DNA of 64,000 bases, from the NCBI GenBank assembly GCA_905182885.1, contig CAJJCW010000002.1:212869-276868 (forward strand), read 5' to 3'. The notes beneath the pieces were generated by a model. It was not told the origin of the DNA and ran no database searches. It saw only the letters and a list, made by a program, of their open reading frames with translations. This stretch comes from SAR86 cluster bacterium SAR86B. Its GTDB lineage: Bacteria > Pseudomonadota > Gammaproteobacteria > Magnimaribacterales > D2472. The position numbers were made by a program, and so were the translations under genes. Numbering within the stretch: position 1 is the first letter of the stretch; each line of letters begins with the position of its first letter. Shown here one piece after another: positions 26,921 through 37,768 of this stretch.

Positions 26921-28732
26921 CTAAAAACCAACTTGATCGCTTTGTATTAACTCATAAAAATCATTATCAAGAGGGACATAATCGTCTGATCTGGGCTTTT
27001 TAACATAGATAGTATCACCATCTACCTTATCCAAATGAAATGCCTCTTCCCTGAGATCATTCTTCTTAAGCTTGAATGTTCCTGTAGTATCTAATTTGCT
27101 TGTAACTCTTATAAATAATGGACGAGCATATGATGGTAACTGTTCTGCAATAAATGATGATAGGTCAGCCCAATTAACTTCTTTTCCAGGGGTTTGATTG
27201 AATGTGACCATTCCCGCTCGACCCTCACATCCAGTTACCTTTACACCATAAACATTAGCCATATTAACTTCTGGAGACTGGTTTAGAATTTCAGCAACTT
27301 CGTTCGTAGATACATTTTCAGATTTCCATCTAAACGTATCGCCTACTCTATCAACAAACTGATAGTGTGTTTGACCTAAAGAAAAACCAACATCCATGCT
27401 TTTAATTAAATCACCACTATTAAACCAGGCATCGCCTTTTTCAAAAACATCTCTTAATATTTTCTTTTCACTTTCCTTTTTATCTGTGTAGCCATTAAAT
27501 GGAGCGTCGGGTGATATTTTGACAGCTAAAAGTCCAGGTTCGTATTGAATAGTTTTTAAACAGAAGCCGTCACTATTTCTTTTTAACTCATCACTAGCAA
27601 CATCATACTCAAGAAGAGCGACAGTGGCATTTGTCATACCAATAGTCTTATCTTTATTTAACATATTCAGAAACATGCAAGCTCCTTCACTAGCTCCATA
27701 TATTTCAGCTATTCTTTCAACCCCAAAACGACCCCTGAAGCAATCCCAAAGGTCTGGTCTCAAACCATTTCCAACCATGGACCTAATCGGATTATTTTTT
27801 TCTTCTTCACAAGGCTCTTGAAGACTTAAATACCTACAAAGCTCTCCTACATAAATAAAAGTGGTAGTTTGATGTTTTTGAACTTCAGCCCAGAAAGAAG
27901 AAGCAGAAAATTTACGCTTTATAAAAACAGATGCTCCGGTAGAAATAACAGCACTCAAGCCTAGCATTAAGCCTGTTGAGTGATAAAGAGGAAGACAGTT
28001 ATATAGACGATCTTCATGGGTCATCTGGTATCCGCCAACAGTAATATTTACTGATGCTGCAACAATTTTAGCATTAGGAAAAATAGCTGCTTTTGGAACA
28101 CCAGTAGTTCCTGATGTAAAAATATAAAAAGCTGTATCTTTTGCAGTTACTTGTTCAATTTCTTTTAGATTTTCTATTTCATTGAGATCTAAAGAGTTTT
28201 TAAGATTAGTAGCCCAAGAAGGTGTTTCAATTGCCTTACTATCTTCACACCAATAAATATCCTTAGCATCTTGGATCGTGATATCACTAAGTACATTTGA
28301 AAAGGCTTCTGTTAACTCCTCTCCTACAATACATTTCTTCGAATCAGAGCTGTTAATACAATGAATTAAAGGGTCGCCAGTAAGGCTGTTATTAATAAGA
28401 ACTCCAATAGCGCCTATTTTATTTAGCGCAATTAATGAAATAACATAATCAGTACGATTTTCCATAAAAAGAACTACGCGATCCTGATGGCCAATCCCCT
28501 CTTTTACAAGAAATTTTGCAAGGATGTTTGCAGATTCATTTGTCTGGTTGTAAGACCATTCTTCATTTTCATAAATTATAAAGTTTCTTTCACCATGCTC
28601 TTTAACAGTAGCTTCAAACATGTGAGCTAGTGATACGGAGTCATCTGGTTTAGGAAATTTATATCTAAGAGTTGGAAGTATGTACCTGACTTCACCAAGC
28701 ACTCGAAAAAATTCTTTTATTTTAGGAATCAT
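26921..28732 (-). CDS. FATP-type (very-)long-chain fatty acid-CoA ligase
   Basis: AMP-binding motif YIFTSGTTGVPKAA and the FATP signature GDTFRWKSENVSTNEV. Confidence 0.85.
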   Translation of the reverse strand: MIPKIKEFFRVLGEVRYILPTLRYKFPKPDDSVSLAHMFEATVKEHGERNFIIYENEEWSYNQTNESANILAKFLVKEGIGHQDRVVLFMENRTDYVISLIALNKIGAIGVLINNSLTGDPLIHCINSSDSKKCIVGEELTEAFSNVLSDITIQDAKDIYWCEDSKAIETPSWATNLKNSLDLNEIENLKEIEQVTAKDTAFYIFTSGTTGVPKAAIFPNAKIVAASVNITVGGYQMTHEDRLYNCLPLYHSTGLMLGLSAVISTGASVFIKRKFSASSFWAEVQKHQTTTFIYVGELCRYLSLQEPCEEEKNNPIRSMVGNGLRPDLWDCFRGRFGVERIAEIYGASEGACMFLNMLNKDKTIGMTNATVALLEYDVASDELKRNSDGFCLKTIQYEPGLLAVKISPDAPFNGYTDKKESEKKILRDVFEKGDAWFNSGDLIKSMDVGFSLGQTHYQFVDRVGDTFRWKSENVSTNEVAEILNQSPEVNMANVYGVKVTGCEGRAGMVTFNQTPGKEVNWADLSSFIAEQLPSYARPLFIRVTSKLDTTGTFKLKKNDLREEAFHLDKVDGDTIYVKKPRSDDYVPLDNDFYELIQSDQVGF

Positions 28733-28783
28733 ATATCTATTGTGTCGATATTTAGCTATCCGTCAAGACCTGCTTCTCTTATA

Positions 28784-29848
28784 TCAATTAACCGATGAGA
28801 TATTAATTTCATCAGAATTTATTGGCAGTATAACCATAGTGCCGTCATGGGAAGCGGTCCATTCTGCCATGACCTCATCAACACCTCTGTACATGATATC
28901 TTCCATCAATTGATTTCTTGGTGCTGGAAGGTGATGATAAAAAACAAGGTGCTTAACATTAGCTTCATTTGCAGCCTTAACAACATCGAGAATAGGCGTG
29001 TGATAGTCAAGAATATCAACAGTTACAATCTCAGCCACAACATTACCTATTCTTTTAGCCTGTTTATTGATAATGTCTAGAAGTTCAAGTGACATAGATT
29101 CATGAAATAAAACATCAACATTTTTAGAATTATTAACTAGATTCTGATCGTAGATTGTATCCCCGCTAATACTTATAGATCTCCCTTTATAATCAATTCT
29201 ATATCCTAATGCAGGGTCAACAGGGTCATGGGAGACACTATAGGCAGTAATTTTTAGATTGCCATCATTAACTAGAATTGGGTTTTCTAAATCAATAGTG
29301 TGGGTATCAAAACCAACTACATCTAGAGGGGCTAGCTCATCTCCATGATGCTCATTTCTAAAAATATAGTCTTTTGTATAAGCCAACTCAATACCATCAG
29401 TAAGCATCTGAACTCCTTCTGGTCCATAAACTTTTAGCTTAGAATCCCTTTGTCCGGCAACCCATGTCCCCATGTGAAATTGGCCTATATCTGAGATATG
29501 ATCAGAATGAAGGTGAGTATAAAATATTCCTTTGACTCTATTCCATGGTGTATTCCAATCGTTCAAGTTCTGCGCACTACCATTTCCTGTATCAAATATA
29601 AATATCTTGTCTCCAGCTTGAACTAATATGCATGCTTCAGCTCTATTTGGATCATTGATAGGTGACCTTGAACCGCAAACAACCGCTGTTAAGGCATCTT
29701 CTTCAGGCAAATACGGGGCTGGTATGGCAATCTTTTCGATAGCTATTTCTAGTAATTTATCTTGAAATGCTGGTTGTCTTATAAGTATTGAGTAAATTAA
29801 AAACAAAATGATCACTGCTAGTAATAGATATTTAATAAATTTTTTCAT
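28784..29848 (-). CDS. MBL-fold metallo-hydrolase with N-terminal anchor or signal
   Basis: HxHxDH motif (THLHSDHISD) plus downstream His/Asp ligands. Confidence 0.75.
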   Translation of the reverse strand: MKKFIKYLLLAVIILFLIYSILIRQPAFQDKLLEIAIEKIAIPAPYLPEEDALTAVVCGSRSPINDPNRAEACILVQAGDKIFIFDTGNGSAQNLNDWNTPWNRVKGIFYTHLHSDHISDIGQFHMGTWVAGQRDSKLKVYGPEGVQMLTDGIELAYTKDYIFRNEHHGDELAPLDVVGFDTHTIDLENPILVNDGNLKITAYSVSHDPVDPALGYRIDYKGRSISISGDTIYDQNLVNNSKNVDVLFHESMSLELLDIINKQAKRIGNVVAEIVTVDILDYHTPILDVVKAANEANVKHLVFYHHLPAPRNQLMEDIMYRGVDEVMAEWTASHDGTMVILPINSDEINISSVN

Positions 29849-29862
29849 ACTTTTAATTCCTT

Positions 29863-30705
29863 TTATTGATTAGCGACAATTGCCATCATTTTATATGCTG
29901 TTTCATGTCCAGCATTTTGATTTTGTCCAGTTACAAATCTTTGTTCATCATCAACAACTGTTAGATTAGCGAAAAAATCCTTAAAAGCGGTGTTGCTTTT
30001 AAAAATAACTCCAGCCTTTCTTAACTCATCTTCTGGATGCATGGGAGTTAAGGATATACCAAGCTCTTGAATTTGCTTGTCGGTTACCCCTGTCATCAAT
30101 CTCCCTGCAATTAGTAAATTGCCTTCAGTGTCTTTCGCTTTAATCAAGCCAAGCACGCCATGACAAATTCCACCTATGATTGCTTTAGATTGATAATAAG
30201 CTTCTGATATTTTTGCTCCTAAAACCTCCGAATACCCTAGATCATATGCAGCGCCCCAGCCGCCTGAAATAACTATAATGTCATATTCAGTAAAATCTAT
30301 ATCATCGATAGAAATAGAATTTTTAAGTAGGCTCATTAAAGAGCTATTTTTCATAAACTTTTTATCTTCAGGGGTTTTTATAAAATATGGGATGGGCTCG
30401 AGAGGAATTAGGCCTCCTTTAATACTTGCAATATCAACATCTATTCCTGATTTAATAAAATCGAAGTAAGGAACTGATAATTCAGATAACAATAATCCTG
30501 TAGGCTTCCCTTCAATTTTATTTGGAGCATTCAAGACTCCATGATTAGTAGCAATAATTAAAGCCTTCTTTCCTGAAAGGTTTAAAACCTCTCCATCAAA
30601 GGTAGGATGAAGGCCTGCTTTATGAAGAATAGAAGGGAGAGAAATAGCAAACAGCAAAACTATAAAAACAAAAGAATAAATATATTTATTAAAAATTAGT
30701 TTCAT
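29863..30705 (-). CDS. secreted type 1 glutamine amidotransferase-like (DJ-1/PfpI family) protein
   Basis: Signal/TM N-terminus and a nucleophile elbow GGICHG. Confidence 0.7.
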   Translation of the reverse strand: MKLIFNKYIYSFVFIVLLFAISLPSILHKAGLHPTFDGEVLNLSGKKALIIATNHGVLNAPNKIEGKPTGLLLSELSVPYFDFIKSGIDVDIASIKGGLIPLEPIPYFIKTPEDKKFMKNSSLMSLLKNSISIDDIDFTEYDIIVISGGWGAAYDLGYSEVLGAKISEAYYQSKAIIGGICHGVLGLIKAKDTEGNLLIAGRLMTGVTDKQIQELGISLTPMHPEDELRKAGVIFKSNTAFKDFFANLTVVDDEQRFVTGQNQNAGHETAYKMMAIVANQ

Positions 30706-30731
30706 AATTCAAGCCCCCTTGTAAAGTAAGA

Positions 30732-30754
30732 ATTGTAATAATTAATCTTACAAT
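30732..30754. promoter_or_regulatory. inverted repeat ATTGTAA-N9-TTACAAT in the divergent DJ-1-like/LysR intergenic region; candidate LysR-type binding site
   Basis: Read directly. It has the dyad form of a T-N11-A-type LysR box and sits between divergent genes. Confidence 0.3.
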
Positions 30755-30852
30755 GACTCTAATTATAATAACATTATAAGAAATGCATTTTACTTGTGCA
30801 AAAATGCATTAAAATACTTGGAAATATAAATTATATGTGCGAATATGCAGAT

Positions 30853-31728
30853 ATGAATTGGAGTAATCTAGAATATTTTTTAGCTGTAGCTAGGACAGGT
30901 TCTTTGAGCTCAGCCTCAAAAATACTTGGAGTAAACCACTCAACAGTTGCTAGGCGTCTAGATAAGCTTGAGGATCAGTTGAATATTAAACTATTTAAAA
31001 GACATAACAGAGGCTATCAGCTTACTGAGCAAGGGCTAGCTTTAGAGATAGAAGCTATTAAAGTTGAGGAACAGGTAAATAAAATACATAGAGTTTTTAG
31101 TACTCAGCAATCTGAGTTATCTGGAACGTTGACTATAAGTAAGCCAGTGAATGGAGGGCTTGACCTTTCTGCTATGGCGAGCGAGTTTATTAAAAAATAT
31201 CCAAATATAGACCTAAATCTTAAATCATCATCTAACAAAGCTGACCTTACATTACATCAAGTTGATATCTCCATACAGGTAACAAACAAACCTAACGAAG
31301 ACTTAATTGGAACAAATCTAGGCAAAATTCCAGTACATATATTTGGTGATGAATCATATATTGATAAAATCAATGATGTAAATGAACTGGAGTGGATTGT
31401 ATGGGTTGACGATAGTGGTGTATTGGATATGGAGGAAAGACTAATTAGTTTGATTGATAATCCCAAAATAGTTATTAGAACTAATTCTTATTCTGAAATT
31501 ATTGATTACATTCAGTCTGGGACGGGAGTTAGTCTTATTTCTGGATTTGGACTTCCTGAAAATCATAAACTTAAGGCTTATAGGCCTGATAAATATAAGT
31601 TTGATAATAATATTTGGATTTTATATCATCCTGATTTAAGAGATAACGCAAAAGTGAAAGCTTTCAAGGAATTTTTTATAGAGCAATTTAATTTAAGAAT
31701 TTTAGAGAGAAGAGAATTGATAACTTGA
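30853..31728 (+). CDS. LysR family transcriptional regulator
   Basis: I prefer the ATG at 30853 (MNWSNLEYFLAVARTGSLSSASKILGVNHSTVARRL, a canonical LysR HTH). The track ORF begins at a GTG at 30796. Confidence 0.85.
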   Translation: MNWSNLEYFLAVARTGSLSSASKILGVNHSTVARRLDKLEDQLNIKLFKRHNRGYQLTEQGLALEIEAIKVEEQVNKIHRVFSTQQSELSGTLTISKPVNGGLDLSAMASEFIKKYPNIDLNLKSSSNKADLTLHQVDISIQVTNKPNEDLIGTNLGKIPVHIFGDESYIDKINDVNELEWIVWVDDSGVLDMEERLISLIDNPKIVIRTNSYSEIIDYIQSGTGVSLISGFGLPENHKLKAYRPDKYKFDNNIWILYHPDLRDNAKVKAFKEFFIEQFNLRILERRELIT

Positions 31729-31766
31729 TTTATAAATAGATTGAAGAAGTTACTGGCTATATATTT

Positions 31767-32159
31767 TTAAACTCCAATGGACTTACCTATTAGCTTCTCT
31801 GGAAGCTCAGCTTGCAGAAGTACTTCTTCAGGTAAGGCAAATGCACCTCTATTTAAATTCCATACTTTACAAGTATGCTTTATATTTAAATCATCATATA
31901 AGTGATAAAAAGACCCGCTCCTCTTGCTACTTGGATCTACTGATTCTAACTTTAGATTGCTTTTTATTTGTTCATAGGACAGTTGGATGAGAATAACTTC
32001 TTCAAATTTAGAGAAGTAAAGTGATAGAGTTGAAGCTAATTGTTTGGAGGTTGAAAGATGAACGAAACCATCTTTATTATCCAATTCAGTAATAATAAAC
32101 CCTTTGCTATTTGCAAGCTCCCATTCTTGAGTTGTTAAGACTTTATAAAGATTATTCAT
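31767..32159 (-). CDS. DUF952 family protein
   Basis: LYKVLTTQEW...DGFVHLST.KQ pattern typical of DUF952. Confidence 0.6.
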   Translation of the reverse strand: MNNLYKVLTTQEWELANSKGFIITELDNKDGFVHLSTSKQLASTLSLYFSKFEEVILIQLSYEQIKSNLKLESVDPSSKRSGSFYHLYDDLNIKHTCKVWNLNRGAFALPEEVLLQAELPEKLIGKSIGV

Positions 32160-33492
32160 TCTTAGCTAATTCAAGATTACGCTTTTCTGCTGCCTCCCAG
32201 TCTTTAGGTAGGACACGAGCGACAATTAAAAAACTTATGATGGAAGGTATAAATATACAAAAAGTTAAAGACATTGCATATCGCATTGATTCTAAATCAT
32301 TATAATTTTCTTTAAAAACATCAATCATCCATCCTGCAAAAGTTGGACCTCCACCTAATGCGATCATATTTAGAACGAAGAAAAATAAGGCAGTAGACAT
32401 TGCTCGCATATTAATAGGAGCAAGAGTTTGTGCAATTGCAAAGCTTGGTCCTAGATACATACCGACAAAAAGTAAAAAAAATGTAGAAAGAATAAGATTT
32501 GTTTCTATTGATGACACCCAGAAGCTTCCAACACCTATTGGTAAACAAAGACTAATTGCAATTGCAGGTACCCAGCCGTATGCGCGAATATCTCTTTTTC
32601 CCCATGAATCAGCCAGCCTAGCTCCAAAAAATGCACCTCCAGCATAAGCTGTCCCGTTAATAATGCCCAATAGAATTATAAGATGCTGAAAATCAAAACT
32701 TGGATCTAAAGCTATTAAGTATTTAGTGTGAAAGGTTGAGAGAGCATAAGATGCGAAAGAACCAAAAGCTATTCCTAGACACATAGCCCACCAGGCAGGT
32801 ATTTTAAGAAGTGTTCTTAATGACTCCTTAAATGGCGGTTTTACCATTTCTGCTTGATCACCAAATTCCATAGCACCACGAATAGGCTCACGAAGTACCA
32901 GCTTAACTATAACTGCTAGTCCTACCCCAGTTACGCCAAGAAATATGAATATTTTTCTCCAATCAACGACTGTAGCTTCACCTTGCGATGGCCCTATGAT
33001 CCATGCTGTAACAAAATAAGCTGCCATTATTCCAAATGGAATCCCCATTGAATAGACGCCCAATGCTCCTGCTCGCTCTTCCTTAGGATACATATCAGAG
33101 ATAATAGAATGTGATGGTGGGCTTCCACCAGCTTCACCAATTCCCACTCCCATTCGAGCAAGACCTATTTGCATGAAGTTTCCAGCTAAACCAGTCAAAG
33201 CTGTAAAGCCACTCCAAGTAGCAAGTGCTATAGATATAATGTTTACCCTACTATAACGGTCAGCTAGCCAAGCAATAGGAATGGCAACGACAGTATAAAA
33301 AGTAGCAAATAAAAGTCCGCTCAATAAACCTAACTGTGTATTAGTTAAATCAAGATCAGCTTGAATAAATGGCGCTAAAATACCTACGATTTGACGATCA
33401 ACAAAATTAAACCCATAGACTACTGTAAGAAGTATTAATGCAAAGGTACGATAGCCCTTGCTTGGCATTTTTTGGTTACTCATGATATTCAA
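32152..33492 (-). CDS. MFS transporter
   Basis: 446 aa, about 12 TM segments, and the loop 2-3 motif DRYSRV. Confidence 0.8.
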   Translation of the reverse strand: MNIMSNQKMPSKGYRTFALILLTVVYGFNFVDRQIVGILAPFIQADLDLTNTQLGLLSGLLFATFYTVVAIPIAWLADRYSRVNIISIALATWSGFTALTGLAGNFMQIGLARMGVGIGEAGGSPPSHSIISDMYPKEERAGALGVYSMGIPFGIMAAYFVTAWIIGPSQGEATVVDWRKIFIFLGVTGVGLAVIVKLVLREPIRGAMEFGDQAEMVKPPFKESLRTLLKIPAWWAMCLGIAFGSFASYALSTFHTKYLIALDPSFDFQHLIILLGIINGTAYAGGAFFGARLADSWGKRDIRAYGWVPAIAISLCLPIGVGSFWVSSIETNLILSTFFLLFVGMYLGPSFAIAQTLAPINMRAMSTALFFFVLNMIALGGGPTFAGWMIDVFKENYNDLESMRYAMSLTFCIFIPSIISFLIVARVLPKDWEAAEKRNLELAKNE

Positions 33493-33636
33493 TTTCCCTA
33501 TTATTGAACAAAAAGTGTATCACTTCTTCTAACAAATTATGTCAGGTCAGCTATAAAAAAATTGATATTTTAAATGCATTATCATGCTTGTTATTAACTT
33601 ACGCTTAAGCGCTCCCAGGATTGCTTGAAAACTAAC

Positions 33637-33663
33637 CATGGTGGGACTATTTGCTCCACCATG
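33637..33663. terminator. hairpin CATGGTGG-N11-CCACCATG downstream of the oxidoreductase gene; possible terminator
   Basis: 8-bp perfect stem with short T-rich flanks on both strands, lying in a 219-bp intergenic gap. Confidence 0.35.
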
Positions 33664-33711
33664 ATTTTCTTAGCTATTGATCGGAGGAATCAATAATTAA
33701 TAAAACAATTA

Positions 33712-34848
33712 TTACTTTTGCGGAGTTACTAGGTACTTCTTACCTGTTGCTTGCTTAGCATAAGATTTAATAATTTCAGGCTGAAGCATTTCTTCAAAAG
33801 AAACCTCTTGCACATAGGTACTTGCAAAAGTAGTTGTAATTTCTTTAGCAACTCTCTGTCTCATTTGTCCAAATCTCTCCATTCCAATTTTTCCAATCAT
33901 TGGGGTTAACAACCATCCTCCTAGGCCCCACGACATTCCGAATGCTCTCTTAAGAATAGTTGGAGATTGATCAAGCCCACCATAAATATAAACTTGCTTG
34001 TAGGTATCTGATCCGTATCTGCTGTACTCTTTAGCAGTTTTATTAGCAGCAATTTCCATTGCAGCTAGTATTTGTCCTGGAAGCTCTCCACTATTACCCC
34101 CACCAGTAGCATCAAATCCCAAGGTTGCTCCTGTGGCAATTAAAGCAGTAACTAAGGTTTCCATAAAATCAGGATCGCTAGTATTGCAAATATGCTCAGC
34201 ACCAATATTTTTGAGAATATCAACCTGCTCTTGCTTTCTAACTATGTTAACTAAAGGAACTGAATCAGCTTTACAAATTTTAACAAGCATTTGTCCTAGA
34301 TTAGAAGCTGCTGCTGTGTGAACTATAGCGGTATGATTTTCCATTTTCATAGTTTCAATAAAAGCTAATGCAGTTAAAGGGTTAACAAAAGAAGATGCAG
34401 CCTCTGAAGAAGATGTGCCATCATTCATGACCAAGCAACTAGCTGCTGGAACACACCTGTATTGAGAATACATTGATCCTCCTGCAAGTCCAACTGTCTT
34501 GCCAATAAGGTCTTTAGCGTTAACACCAGCCTCTACAATGACACCTGACCCTTCATTTCCAACCTGCATAGACTCATCCAGTCTAGGCTTCATAGCACCC
34601 ATTAACCCAGGATGTATTTTCATTGACGTTACTGTTTCATCGCCACTGCCCGTGACATTAATTGAAGTAAGATCTGCTCCAAAACTTAGAAGAAGACCAA
34701 GATCTGATGGATTAATAGGAGCTGCTTCTACCCTTATAAGAACTTCGTCATCGGAAGGTATAGGTTTTGCAACTGTGGCAATAGAAATTTCTATATTTCC
34801 TTCGCTAGTTACTTTGGATCTTATTTCTTTTGAAGTTTGGTCTGACAT
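33712..34848 (-). CDS. medium-chain dehydrogenase/reductase (quinone oxidoreductase-like)
   Basis: GroES-like N-domain (VLIRVEAAPINPSD) and a Rossmann domain. Confidence 0.7.
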   Translation of the reverse strand: MSDQTSKEIRSKVTSEGNIEISIATVAKPIPSDDEVLIRVEAAPINPSDLGLLLSFGADLTSINVTGSGDETVTSMKIHPGLMGAMKPRLDESMQVGNEGSGVIVEAGVNAKDLIGKTVGLAGGSMYSQYRCVPAASCLVMNDGTSSSEAASSFVNPLTALAFIETMKMENHTAIVHTAAASNLGQMLVKICKADSVPLVNIVRKQEQVDILKNIGAEHICNTSDPDFMETLVTALIATGATLGFDATGGGNSGELPGQILAAMEIAANKTAKEYSRYGSDTYKQVYIYGGLDQSPTILKRAFGMSWGLGGWLLTPMIGKIGMERFGQMRQRVAKEITTTFASTYVQEVSFEEMLQPEIIKSYAKQATGKKYLVTPQK

Positions 34849-34967
34849 TCTTGGTTCCCCTTTTAGTTGTTATCTAAAAATATATTAATTATTTCCAGTA
34901 TGATATATTGTATAGGATGATTTAAACAAGTAGACAATATAAACATACTGGTATATAAAAACATACT

Positions 34968-35309
34968 ATGACAACATGTAAAACTCCCCCAGTGGTAACT
35001 GCCTTAAAATTAATAGGCGGTAAGTGGAAAATTGCCATCATATACAACTTAAAGGAACAGCCTTTAAGGTTCGGTGAGCTAAAAAGAATTCTATCTCCCA
35101 TAACCCAGCAAATGTTAACAAAGCAATTAAGAGAGATGGAAAGAGATATGTTAGTTAATCGCAAAGTATTTGAGGTGATACCCCCTAAGGTTGAATACTC
35201 TCTTACGGAATTTGGAAAATCTTTTAAGCCGGTTCTAAACTCATTATGTAAGTGGAGTTCTAACTACGAAGAGTTAATGGAAACAATATCTCAAGATCGC
35301 TCTGCTTAA
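34968..35309 (+). CDS. HxlR family winged-helix transcriptional regulator
   Basis: CKTPPVVTALKLIGGKWKIAIIYNL...RFGELKR and VEYSLTEFG motifs. It is divergent from the oxidoreductase. Confidence 0.8.
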   Translation: MTTCKTPPVVTALKLIGGKWKIAIIYNLKEQPLRFGELKRILSPITQQMLTKQLREMERDMLVNRKVFEVIPPKVEYSLTEFGKSFKPVLNSLCKWSSNYEELMETISQDRSA

Positions 35310-35364
35310 CTTCATTATTACAAAATTGTTATGGTTAGCTATTTAAAAATATAAATTATATTAT

Positions 35365-36930
35365 CTAGTGCCCTTTACCAAAGGCTCCTGTTTTTACATT
35401 GTAGTTAACAGCAATTCCATAATGCGGATCATCATCAGAATTAACTACTAACTGTCCTGCCTTTCGAAGAAGTTTGTGGCAATCAGATGATAAATGCCTT
35501 AGTTGTAATGTTTTTTTCCTTTTTTTATATTTCTTTGCAAGATCTTCTATAGCCTGAAGGGCTGACTGGTCAACAACTCGACTATTGATAAAATCAATAA
35601 TTACAACTTCGGTATCATCCTTAATATTAAATACGTCGGAGAAATCTTGAATCGATCCAAAAAATAATGGACCTTCTATATAGTAAACATTATTACCATC
35701 TTCGTTAACCTCAACACTCCCTCTAATGCGGATTGCATTATTCCAAGCATAAGTTAAAGCTGAGACAATAACTCCACAAATAACAGCAATAGCCAAGTCA
35801 TGCATGACTGTAATTATCGTTACAATCAGCATAACAATAACATCAGTCCTTGGAATTCTTCTTATAATAGTAATGCTTTCCCAAGCAAAAGTTCCAATAA
35901 CAACCATAAACATTACGCCTACAAGGGCTGCTAGTGGTATTAATTCAATTAAAGATGAGCCGACTACTATAAATAAAAGTAAAAATAATGATGCTGAAAT
36001 ACCTGATAATCTAGTACGACCACCGGACTTTACATTAATCATTGACTGTCCAATCATTGCGCAACCGCCCATCCCACCAAAGAACCCAGTTACTGTATTA
36101 GCAACTCCTTGGGCATAACATTCTTTAGATGCTCCTCCAACATTTCCGGTCATGTCGCCAACCAAATTAAGAGTTAGTAAGCTTTCTATTAATCCAATGG
36201 TTGCTAAGATTAATGCGTATGGAAGAATGATTGACAGATTATGAAAGGTTAAATCAACCATTGGAATATGAAAAGATGGAAGACCTCCTTTAATAGAGGC
36301 AAGGTCGCCCACACGAGGAACATCAATATTAAATAATATTACAAAGGCAGCCACAATAAATATTCCAACAAGTGGTGCCGGTATAGATGTAGTTATTTTG
36401 GGTGTTATCCATATAAGGCCCATAGTTGAAAATACAAGTACTAACATTATAACTAAAGCTCTATTATCCATCCATTGTCTAATGCCATCAGCATCTTCAA
36501 TCTGAAATTGGGAGAGCTGAGATAAGAAAATCACTATAGCCAAGCCATTTACAAAGCCCAGCATCACAGGGTAAGGGACCAATCTAATAAATTTTCCTAA
36601 TTTTAAGAAGCCAGCAGTTATTTGAAGAGCTCCCATAAGAATGACCGTTGCAAACAAATACTCTACTCCATGCTCAGAAACTAAAGAGACCATCACAACA
36701 GCAAGCGCTCCCGTTGCACCAGAGATCATTCCAGGCCTTCCACCAATCAAGGCTGTAATAATCCCAACTATAAATGCTGCGTACAAACCTACAAGGGGAT
36801 GAACTCCAGCAACAAATGAAAATGAAACTGCCTCAGGAACTAAAGCCAGTGCAACAGTAAGGCCTGCTAAAACCTCAGTCTTAAATAAAAAAAATGAAGA
36901 GGATGGTAGATTTTTAAGAATTTGCTGCAT
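35365..36930 (-). CDS. SulP family anion permease with C-terminal STAS domain
   Basis: 521 aa, a polytopic core and a STAS-like tail (VVIIDFINSRVVDQSALQAIEDL). Confidence 0.85.
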   Translation of the reverse strand: MQQILKNLPSSSFFLFKTEVLAGLTVALALVPEAVSFSFVAGVHPLVGLYAAFIVGIITALIGGRPGMISGATGALAVVMVSLVSEHGVEYLFATVILMGALQITAGFLKLGKFIRLVPYPVMLGFVNGLAIVIFLSQLSQFQIEDADGIRQWMDNRALVIMLVLVFSTMGLIWITPKITTSIPAPLVGIFIVAAFVILFNIDVPRVGDLASIKGGLPSFHIPMVDLTFHNLSIILPYALILATIGLIESLLTLNLVGDMTGNVGGASKECYAQGVANTVTGFFGGMGGCAMIGQSMINVKSGGRTRLSGISASLFLLLFIVVGSSLIELIPLAALVGVMFMVVIGTFAWESITIIRRIPRTDVIVMLIVTIITVMHDLAIAVICGVIVSALTYAWNNAIRIRGSVEVNEDGNNVYYIEGPLFFGSIQDFSDVFNIKDDTEVVIIDFINSRVVDQSALQAIEDLAKKYKKRKKTLQLRHLSSDCHKLLRKAGQLVVNSDDDPHYGIAVNYNVKTGAFGKGH

Positions 36931-37125
36931 TATTAGGCTCTAATTGGTTTATTAAAAAAGCAAATAAAATGCTTATATAAGGGGGCTTATATTTAATATT
37001 AAGGGTTATTGATTGAAGGAATTGAAGATATTTATAAAAAATTTACTTAGCAAGGCCTATGTTTGAAAAAGATGGATTGTAAAGCATTTGAAAGAGATTG
37101 CATGAAGTATGCATATAAAATACTT

Positions 37126-37755
37126 TTATTTTTTACCTGTTAGGACTAGAGTGCCCGGCCATTCACCGTTAACGTTTGATCGCCAACTCTCAACCTCCCT
37201 CAAACCAGCCATTTTAAATATTTTTACCCATTCAGATTCTTTTAACATGAGCATCGGGGTTCCTACTTTTTCTTGCCAAGAATGTGAATCAGTATTTTCA
37301 TAATAGAGATCAATACCTGCAATAAACCTTCCGCCTTCGTTAAGCCAAGATTCTGAGATTTTTTGTACAATTATTGAAGGATCCTTTAAATAATAAAGAA
37401 CTTCCATTGAATGAATTAGATCGTACTTTTCATCTGAATTAAATGAATTAATATCAGCAAGAATATATTTAGCATCCCCACCACTAGATTCAGCTTTGGC
37501 AATCATCTGCTTAGCCCCATCAATACCAACTGCTCGACTGCATAAAGAGTTTTTTGTAACGTTTCGAACTACCCAGCCATTTCCGCAGCCTAGATCTAAA
37601 AAACTAAAATTTTTTCCAATATGTAATCTTTCATCTAATGAAAACTTTATCATCTCGTCAACAGATACCCTATGCCCTTCTGCCATACCTTTATCCTTTC
37701 CTATTTCAGCCCATTCTCCAAAAACATCCGTTGCTTCTCGCATATAACTATCCAT
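37126..37755 (-). CDS. class I SAM-dependent methyltransferase
   Basis: Motif I, FLDLGCGNG. Confidence 0.7.
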   Translation of the reverse strand: MDSYMREATDVFGEWAEIGKDKGMAEGHRVSVDEMIKFSLDERLHIGKNFSFLDLGCGNGWVVRNVTKNSLCSRAVGIDGAKQMIAKAESSGGDAKYILADINSFNSDEKYDLIHSMEVLYYLKDPSIIVQKISESWLNEGGRFIAGIDLYYENTDSHSWQEKVGTPMLMLKESEWVKIFKMAGLREVESWRSNVNGEWPGTLVLTGKK

Positions 37756-37768
37756 TTATTATCTTATT

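Noticed and set aside
33493-33711. The 219-bp gap was searched for a tRNA, small RNA or small ORF.
   Set aside because: There is no cloverleaf-like GC-rich segment. I found only a 22-aa ORF without an SD sequence and one hairpin, which I reported as a weak terminator candidate.
36953-36974. The hairpin AAGCA-N7-TGCTT followed by T-rich sequence (on the minus strand) as a terminator of the methyltransferase operon.
   Set aside because: The stem is only 5 bp in AT-rich DNA, which is too weak to report as a feature.
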